Virus record (IMG/VR): IMGVR_UViG_3300016478_000125
Span: 1 to 31,120 of that record
DNA length: 31,120 bases
From: a virus
Lineage: Duplodnaviria > Caudoviricetes
Direction: 5' to 3' (one strand)
Below, in pieces: positions 25,661-31,120 of the stretch. A program made the position numbers and the translations under genes. The notes beneath the pieces are model-generated. The model saw nothing but the letters and a program-made list of their open reading frames with translations. It was not told the DNA's origin and made no database searches. Position 1 is the first letter of the stretch. Every line of letters begins with the position of its first letter.

Positions 25661-25911
25661 GTAACGAAGAACACACTAACACACTATGAGATAGACAGAT
25701 TATTAAGATAGAAAGTTGCCGGCATCAGGCTGTGTAGTTGCGCGTAGCTGAACGCGATTGATTGTGGATGATCTCAAAGTTGTGCCCACGCTCTGGCCAA
25801 AATTCTGCCGCAATTAAAACCGATATTTTCCCGATATAAATACTCGGGCTTACCTAAAAATACACTGAAGAACTTCTAAGACTTTCTTATGTAGTTCTAA
25901 TAAGTCTCTAG

Positions 25912-25932
25912 ATGCCTGTCGGCATGTTGTGA
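25912..25932 (+). promoter_or_regulatory. Putative vRNAP hairpin promoter P3 (4-nt loop variant)
   Basis: ATGCC-TGTC-GGCAT-GTTGT-GA. Shares TAGATGCC...CGGCATGTTGTG with P4. Confidence 0.65.
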
Positions 25933-25973
25933 AGCTGGGATGTCTCCAGCTTTTTCTATTTCTGGAGCACACC

Positions 25974-26177
25974 ATGCAAGCAATCAAAACCTTTTCTGAA
26001 ATTCAACATGAGCTAGAGAACTACGCAGTCAAACTAATCTTCGCTTCTCCTGATGAAGTTTTATACCAAGTAGAAACTCCATTTCTTGAAACAGTACTGG
26101 CTCGCCTGGATAGGTTCTCTCCGAAAAAGCTGCCTGAAGTAAAGGGCAATTATTCCTATGTTTCTGTAGCGTTGTAG
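25974..26177 (+). CDS. Early hypothetical protein (67 aa)
   Basis: GGAG RBS before ATG 25974 (MQAIKTFSE...). Confidence 0.7.
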   Translation: MQAIKTFSEIQHELENYAVKLIFASPDEVLYQVETPFLETVLARLDRFSPKKLPEVKGNYSYVSVAL

Positions 26178-26188
26178 CGTCCTCATAG

Positions 26189-26211
26189 ATGCCGCAAGCG
26201 GCATGTTGTGG
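26189..26211 (+). promoter_or_regulatory. Putative vRNAP hairpin promoter P4
   Basis: ATGCCGC-AA-GCGGCAT-GTTGT-GG. Confidence 0.75.
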
Positions 26212-26262
26212 ATTGGTTGATTGGCAACTGATCTTCTCTCTGTTCAACTTTTGGAGTCAATC

Positions 26263-26535
26263 ATGGGTTTCTCTTTCAATGTTCCTTCTAACAACAACGC
26301 CGCTGCTTCTGATGAGAAGTGGAAAGCCCAAGCGTTCCTGAACCTTTGGGTTAAGCGTGCTGATGGCAGTCGTGCCAAAGTGGGCGCTATCCCTCTTCGG
26401 GAAGCCAAGGCATTTGAACGTGCTTTGATTGCTCGGCTTCAGCAGGATGGTGCGATGGAAGCATTCGCTGATGTACTGGAAATCGACTTCCAGATGGCAG
26501 ACAAAGCCACAAAGGATGTGAATGTAGGCTTCTAA
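26263..26535 (+). CDS. Probable N4 gp2-like ssDNA-binding RNAP II activator
   Basis: GGAG RBS before ATG 26263, 90 aa. Low-complexity N-terminus then KAQAFLNLW, resembling my recollection of the gp2 KAQ..LN motif. Early position upstream of RNAP II. Confidence 0.55.
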   Translation: MGFSFNVPSNNNAAASDEKWKAQAFLNLWVKRADGSRAKVGAIPLREAKAFERALIARLQQDGAMEAFADVLEIDFQMADKATKDVNVGF

Positions 26536-26553
26536 GCTTACTTCTCACATAAG

Positions 26554-26587
26554 ACCCTGCTGCACTTCGGTGTAGTAGGGTTTTTTT
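26554..26587 (+). terminator. Intrinsic terminator
   Basis: ACCCTGCTGCAC-TTCG-GTGTAGTAGGGT followed by a T run. Confidence 0.9.
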
Positions 26588-26613
26588 ATTACAGAGATTA
26601 GACAGATACCTTG

Positions 26614-26634
26614 GCCGCAAGCGGCTTGTCTTGG
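26614..26634 (+). promoter_or_regulatory. Putative vRNAP hairpin promoter P5 (SLOG/RNAP II operon)
   Basis: GCCGC-AA-GCGGC-T-TGTCTT-GG. Confidence 0.7.
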
Positions 26635-26663
26635 GTGCTGTTGCCCGTCTAATGGAGGTGTGT

Positions 26664-27029
26664 ATGAAAGAGTTCAAGCTCATTGTGGCTGGCGGCAGAG
26701 ACTTCACGGACTATGCCAAAGCCAGCAATTCAATCAACGAATTGGCAAATGGCGAGCTTGCTCCTTATGCCGTGGCCATTGTCTCTGGTATGGCTCGTGG
26801 TGCTGATGCCATAGGTGCAGAGTTTGCTCGTAACAACAACGTGGTGTTGTATGAGTTTCCTGCTAATTGGGACGTACATGGCAAGCGTGCAGGCTTCATC
26901 CGTAACGAGGAAATGGGACGGTTCTCAGATGGTCTATTGGCCTTCTGGGATGGTCAGTCCCGAGGCACAAAGCACATGATTGAGTTCATGAAACGACTCA
27001 ATAAACCTGTGTTTGTTGTTAACTATTGA
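26664..27029 (+). CDS. SLOG-superfamily (DUF2493/YspA-like) nucleotide-binding protein
   Basis: GGAGG RBS. IVAGGRDF, VSGMARGADAIG, GKRAGFIRNEEM and FWDGQSRGTKHMI motifs. Confidence 0.85.
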   Translation: MKEFKLIVAGGRDFTDYAKASNSINELANGELAPYAVAIVSGMARGADAIGAEFARNNNVVLYEFPANWDVHGKRAGFIRNEEMGRFSDGLLAFWDGQSRGTKHMIEFMKRLNKPVFVVNY

Positions 27030-27050
27030 TCAATCCAGCAAGGAATAACC

Positions 27051-27956
27051 ATGGACTCGATATTGCAAATTGTTCGCCAGGAAGACCTAGAGAATAGGTT
27101 CAGCCGCAAGCACATTGATGGCCTCATTCGTGAAGCCATTGCTTTGCCAGAGACTCAAGCCAAGGTAAAGCAAGGTGTTAAATTGCTCAATGAATGGTTG
27201 GCATACCCTCATCATGAGAGCAAGAAGCAACGTATCAGTCAGCTTCTTCTTCTGGACTTGCACAACCTGGTCACAGATCTGTTCGTAGGCATTGCTTATA
27301 TACAAGAACCTCAGTTATTCACCGCTGTCACTGCACAGTTGGCTGGACGACTGGGGTTTAGTGAGAAGCGTGAAGCCATTCAGACTGTGGCTGAAGTGGT
27401 GTCTGTCTTGTGTCTTACTGATGCTTATGACATCACTAAAGAAGACAAGATGGCCAGCTTGATGATAGTCAGCAGGATGCACATACCTGATGAAACCAAG
27501 GTGTTCATTGAAAATATTGCATACCTGCTGCCGATGGTATGTGAGCCATTGGAGTTGGAGTCTAACTACGACTCAGGTTATCTCACTCACAAGGATTCTC
27601 TGATCCTTGGTGCAGGTAACCACCACAATGGCAACATCTGTTTGGATGTGCTCAACAAGATGAACCGCGTTCGTCTGAAACTGGATGTGGATTTCCTTCG
27701 CACTGTCGAGGAAGAACCTACCTTTGAGATGGATACCGCTGAAAAGCGGGATATGTGGCTGAAGTTCAAACGTGACTCCACCCGCATGTATGCCTTGTTG
27801 GCTACCTTGTGTGATGAGTTCTATCTCACGCACAAAGTAGATAAACGTGGGCGTATCTACGCTCAGGGCTACCACATCAATACGCAAGGCACTTCCTTCA
27901 AGAAAGCCATGATTGAGCTTGCTAATGAGGAAATCGTGGAAGGGGTTCCTGTGTGA
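27051..27956 (+). CDS. RNA polymerase II subunit 1 (N4 gp15-like)
   Basis: 301 aa with AAGGA RBS. HKVDKRGRIYAQGYHINTQG (DxRGR motif) near the C-terminus. Confidence 0.92.
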   Translation: MDSILQIVRQEDLENRFSRKHIDGLIREAIALPETQAKVKQGVKLLNEWLAYPHHESKKQRISQLLLLDLHNLVTDLFVGIAYIQEPQLFTAVTAQLAGRLGFSEKREAIQTVAEVVSVLCLTDAYDITKEDKMASLMIVSRMHIPDETKVFIENIAYLLPMVCEPLELESNYDSGYLTHKDSLILGAGNHHNGNICLDVLNKMNRVRLKLDVDFLRTVEEEPTFEMDTAEKRDMWLKFKRDSTRMYALLATLCDEFYLTHKVDKRGRIYAQGYHINTQGTSFKKAMIELANEEIVEGVPV

Positions 27957-28189
27957 AGTCCATGCTGTTCTACGGAGGACAGCTGGTGCAGGAATTCCCT
28001 GATACGTATTGTCCCAACCTATCCCAGTACCTGCACACCAACTGGGGCCTGGAGGTTTACAACGGAGGCTACATCCACGCCAGCAAAGACCACGGCAAAA
28101 CCTGGGAATGGTTCCGCTGTGACCTCACTCCTGTTCTCCATGAGGATGTGCCCAAAGAGTACATCCTTCTGGAGTTCCTACTCAGATAA
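27953..28189 (+). CDS. Hypothetical protein between the RNAP II subunit genes
   Basis: 78 aa, GTG start overlapping the gp15 stop (GTGA), aromatic-rich. Confidence 0.7.
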   Translation: MKSMLFYGGQLVQEFPDTYCPNLSQYLHTNWGLEVYNGGYIHASKDHGKTWEWFRCDLTPVLHEDVPKEYILLEFLLR

Positions 28190-28212
28190 ACCTTTCTTCA
28201 ACGGAGTTTCAA

Positions 28213-29439
28213 ATGCAAACATTCACCGGCTTTCAGTACCTTCTCATTGATGCTGCCAACCAGTTTGGCCACGACAAACTCCTGTTTGGAGAGCGTATCA
28301 AATGGGCTGAGGACAACTTGGAGAAGCTGGAGGATCTTATTCCTCAAGCAGACAATCCTTATCTGTACCAGAAAGCTGTAATGGCTATTCGCAAAGCACA
28401 GCAGGGAATCCCGACTGGACACTTAGTAGGCTTCGACGCAACGTGCTCAGGCATTCAAGTTATGTCTGTACTCACTGGCTGCAAGGCCGGTGCAGAGGCT
28501 ACTGGCTTGGTGAATCCGAATGTACGCGCCGATGCGTATTCCAAGGTGACCCAGATGATGAATCAAATCTTGGGCGGTGTAGGCGTCAGCGTCAATCGTA
28601 GCCAAGCCAAGCAGGCTCTGATGACTTCTTTCTATGGTTCCAAAGCAGAGCCTCTGAAGCTGTTTGGTGAGAATACACCCGAACTTAATGCCTTCTACCG
28701 GGCTGCTACTACTGTGGCACCGGGTGCATGGCAGCTGCTCCAGGATCTGCTGGCTAGCTGGCAACCTTTTGCCCTCAGTCATGAGTGGCAGTTGCCTGAT
28801 GGATTTGAAGCCAAGGTGAAAGTCATGCAGCCTGTGGAAACACGGATTGAAGTGGCTGAACTAGATGGTGCTTCATTTACCTATCAGTACTACGAGAACC
28901 GTGGTACGGCAAAGGGTTTGGCCAATGCAGCCAATGTGACTCACAGCGTAGATGCGTACATCCTGCGGTGTATCCATCGCCGCTGCAACTACGTCGCTGA
29001 TGAGGTGTTACTTGCTCAAGCCTATCTGAAGTATGCATTGACCGTGAAAACGAACAAGTATGTAGCAGATGAGGCTATCAGGTACTACAGCGAACTGTAC
29101 AACCGTAGTGGCATGGCTGATGTGGTGATCCTTCCTCATCTCACCAAGCACAATGTACGTGCTCTGGACGAACAGCACATCAAGGACTTGCTGGCCATCA
29201 TTGAAACCATGCTAGCTCACAAGCCTTTTGAGGTAGTGACCGTGCATGATGAGTTCAAGTGTCACCCCAACTACATCAACTATCTGCGTCAGCACTACAT
29301 CAACGTATTTGCTGAACTGGCCGAATCTACTGTTTTGGAAATGATCCTCTCCGGGATCTACGGCAAACCAGGCAAGTATAAGAAGCTGTCTACGGATCTG
29401 GGTGACCTGATTCGTGAAAGCAATTATGCTCTGTGCTGA
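28213..29439 (+). CDS. RNA polymerase II subunit 2 (N4 gp16-like)
   Basis: 408 aa with GGAG RBS. Motif A FDATCSGIQ, motif B RSQAKQALMTSFYGS, NVTHSVDA, motif C VHDEF. Confidence 0.94.
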   Translation: MQTFTGFQYLLIDAANQFGHDKLLFGERIKWAEDNLEKLEDLIPQADNPYLYQKAVMAIRKAQQGIPTGHLVGFDATCSGIQVMSVLTGCKAGAEATGLVNPNVRADAYSKVTQMMNQILGGVGVSVNRSQAKQALMTSFYGSKAEPLKLFGENTPELNAFYRAATTVAPGAWQLLQDLLASWQPFALSHEWQLPDGFEAKVKVMQPVETRIEVAELDGASFTYQYYENRGTAKGLANAANVTHSVDAYILRCIHRRCNYVADEVLLAQAYLKYALTVKTNKYVADEAIRYYSELYNRSGMADVVILPHLTKHNVRALDEQHIKDLLAIIETMLAHKPFEVVTVHDEFKCHPNYINYLRQHYINVFAELAESTVLEMILSGIYGKPGKYKKLSTDLGDLIRESNYALC

Positions 29440-29449
29440 TGTGCCCTAG

Positions 29450-29471
29450 CCGCCGTCTGGCGGTTGGTGGG
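29450..29471 (+). promoter_or_regulatory. Putative vRNAP hairpin promoter P6 (4-nt loop variant)
   Basis: CCGCC-GTCT-GGCGG-TTGGT-GGG, with the same geometry as P3. Confidence 0.5.
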
Positions 29472-29535
29472 TAATGTAAATTACCCTGGTTAGCAGATTT
29501 GTGACTGAATCCTTCGGGGTTCAGTCACTTTTTTT
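29469..29535 (+). ncRNA. Candidate ~65-nt small RNA
   Basis: Bounded by P6 and a strong terminator. Starts with a GGGUAAU-GUAA-AUUACCC hairpin and has no credible ORF. Confidence 0.3.
29501..29535 (+). terminator. Intrinsic terminator after the RNAP II genes
   Basis: GTGACTGAATCC-TTCG-GGGTTCAGTCAC followed by TTTTTTT. Confidence 0.92.
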
Positions 29536-29710
29536 GTTTTGTTTTCTTTCGCGTCAGATATTGGATAACAACCTCGGAGTACCAGGAATTAGACGGTCAG
29601 ACAGACTTCTACTAAGTTCTATAGAACTTCTTCCAAACTTCTTAAATACCTCAAACCGATATTCTGATTTTTCAAAAATCAAAAATTTGGCGATATTGCG
29701 CCGATACTCT

Positions 29711-29905
29711 ATGACCCCTTCTTCTTATAAATTTCAGCCGCCACTTCGGGCGGTGCCTATGAGCCTGTTTCCTGCAATGGAAACACTCGACGATGCAGTT
29801 CATTACTGCAAATCTCACTTCCCTAAATCAGACAGTCAAAAACTAGTAGGACTGCTTATGCTTTATCACAATACCCTTATTGATCAACTTAACCAGGAGA
29901 AATGA
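29711..29905 (+). CDS. Small hypothetical protein (64 aa)
   Basis: C-terminal part of track ORF 29501..29905, whose upstream part spans a terminator. Ends LLMLYHNTLIDQLNQEK. No clear RBS. Confidence 0.65.
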   Translation: MTPSSYKFQPPLRAVPMSLFPAMETLDDAVHYCKSHFPKSDSQKLVGLLMLYHNTLIDQLNQEK

Positions 29906-29906
29906 C

Positions 29907-30422
29907 ATGGGACTCGATATGTATGCAACCACGCTTAAGCGTGAAGTGGCTGAAAGCTACAACTACAAGACGTATGTTTCTTGTGATACCCGCAAATGGG
30001 CAACTCGTGCTGTAGGCTTTATTTATTTGACTGAAGATGAGGTGAACAAACTCACACCAGAAAGTCAAAGGGCTTATCACGACAAACGAAGTGAAGCTGT
30101 TGAACAAGCTAGCAGAGAAGGCTATATCAATACACACTTTGCTTATTGGCGTAAATTCAACCATTTGCATGGTTGGATGGAACGCCTTTACCAAGAGCGT
30201 GGTGGTGAAGATACATTCAACTGCATTGAGATTTGGTTGGATGAAGAAACCATTGATCGTCTTGAAAAAGAAAAAGACACTCTTGAACCTACTCAAGGGT
30301 TCTTCTTTGGTTCGTATGAAGAACTGACAAAAGAAGATAAGGAAGAAATTCAAAACTTCATTGACAGGTGCCGTCAAGCATTTGCTGATGGTTATATTGT
30401 TTTCTACGATTCATGGTGGTAA
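29907..30422 (+). CDS. Conserved phage protein of unknown function (MGLDMY...YWRK.N.LHGW...FFFG...YDSWW type)
   Basis: CAGGAG RBS before ATG 29907, 171 aa, recognisable motif pattern. Confidence 0.85.
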   Translation: MGLDMYATTLKREVAESYNYKTYVSCDTRKWATRAVGFIYLTEDEVNKLTPESQRAYHDKRSEAVEQASREGYINTHFAYWRKFNHLHGWMERLYQERGGEDTFNCIEIWLDEETIDRLEKEKDTLEPTQGFFFGSYEELTKEDKEEIQNFIDRCRQAFADGYIVFYDSWW

Positions 30423-30424
30423 AA

Positions 30425-30775
30425 ATGAACTATGCAATTGCAATGGGAAATCCTTCAGATGGTTTCTACTATGTAGGCCCATTTGAAAATGAAGAGCTTG
30501 CTCTTGAATACATGGGCGGAGAGCATTCCACTTATAACATGTGGATTATTGAATTGAACAAGCCATCTCCACTCCAAAAAGAAGAAAAGAACAATGACTA
30601 CCTTAGTTCCCTGGGCCTTGTATGTCCTGTCTGTAAAAGCGACAACATTACAACTGACGGCCCAATGGAACAAGAGGCTGGCATTGCTTGGCAAGACGTA
30701 GAGTGTAAGACTTGCAAACATTCTTGGATTGATGAATACGAACTCGTAGGGTTCTCTAATCTTCAAGCACCATGA
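30425..30775 (+). CDS. Hypothetical protein with C-terminal zinc ribbon
   Basis: CPVC...CKTC pair in the C-terminal half. Confidence 0.75.
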   Translation: MNYAIAMGNPSDGFYYVGPFENEELALEYMGGEHSTYNMWIIELNKPSPLQKEEKNNDYLSSLGLVCPVCKSDNITTDGPMEQEAGIAWQDVECKTCKHSWIDEYELVGFSNLQAP

Positions 30776-30852
30776 AGCTCAGAATCAAACGTAAACAGTT
30801 CTGGTGGACTTGGCATTTCTGTAATCAATCAGAAGAGACGCATGTGGGTTAA
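30772..30852 (+). CDS. Possible 26-aa peptide
   Basis: ATGA overlap with the previous stop. MKLRIKRKQFWWTWHFCNQSEETHVG* fills the gap to the next gene. No clear RBS. Confidence 0.35.
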   Translation: MKLRIKRKQFWWTWHFCNQSEETHVG

Positions 30853-30858
30853 TCTGCA

Positions 30859-31041
30859 ATGAAAATCAAAGCCACTCCCAAGTCTTGTTCTTGTCCTGTA
30901 TGTAAAGCCGGTAAACGATCAAATCGTGGAAAGGCTTTGATGAAAGCAGATGAGCGTGCTTACAGGCACGCTTCAAAGATCAATCTAATGAAAGGGAGAG
31001 AGGTCATAGAACCTGCTCCTGCTGGAGGTTACTATGACTAA
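30859..31041 (+). CDS. Small basic Cys-containing protein
   Basis: 60 aa, CSCPVC motif, Lys/Arg-rich. Confidence 0.7.
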   Translation: MKIKATPKSCSCPVCKAGKRSNRGKALMKADERAYRHASKINLMKGREVIEPAPAGGYYD

Positions 31042-31120
31042 AGTTAAAACCAGTAAGTTAGCTGGCATTACTCTTGATTGGGCGGTGGCGAAAGCAGAGG
31101 GCATGGAAATTGATGGCCCA
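31034..31120 (+). CDS. DUF2591/NinX-like protein, N-terminal fragment
   Basis: GGAGG RBS. MTKVKTSKLAGITLDWAVAKAEG... runs off the right edge. Confidence 0.7.
   Translation, partial: MTKVKTSKLAGITLDWAVAKAEGMEIDGP

Noticed and set aside
25741-25767. CGCGT-AGCTGA-ACGCG...TTGTGG as a seventh promoter
   Set aside because: The loop size and spacing differ from the family, and no clear 5' hairpin or gene follows.
24950-26634. Spaced palindromes as a possible CRISPR array or attC cassette sites
   Set aside because: Repeat sequences and spacing vary, whole genes lie between them, and no cas or integrase gene is present. Hairpin promoters fit better.
29501-29710. N-terminal 70 codons of track ORF 29501..29905
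   Set aside because: The ORF begins inside a terminator and crosses a palindrome-rich non-coding block. ATG 29711 is the more plausible start.
26029-30766. Minus-strand ORFs in the early region (e.g. 27573..27887, 29889..30377)
   Set aside because: They are antisense to well-supported plus-strand genes.

Overview
This window is a large part of an N4-like (Schitoviridae) podophage genome. Positions 1-24743 carry the late module on the minus strand. It contains a giant virion RNA polymerase (vRNAP) ORF starting at 10727 and running off the left edge (>3570 codons, missing from the ORF track because its stop lies outside the window). It also carries N4 gp51-gp55-like virion proteins, major capsid, gp57/gp58-like proteins, portal, a gp67-like protein, large terminase and a gp69-like protein. 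After a non-coding switch region (~24744-24950, probably the joined genome ends), the plus strand carries early genes: small proteins, a gp2-like activator, a SLOG protein, the two-subunit RNAP II and further small early/middle genes. The most notable observations are four. (1) Six repeated regulatory units (GC-rich DNA hairpin, TG/T-rich spacer, G start, immediate 5' RNA hairpin) look like vRNAP promoters without the N4 GNA triloop. (2) One of these units appears to drive only a ~65-nt non-coding RNA. (3) The vRNAP has a natural Tyr-to-Phe change at the position equivalent to T7 RNAP Y639. (4) The vRNAP has an intact HExxH motif, and an unlisted 30-aa acidic early peptide is present. N4 gene-number assignments rest on synteny, size and remembered motifs, not on database searches.
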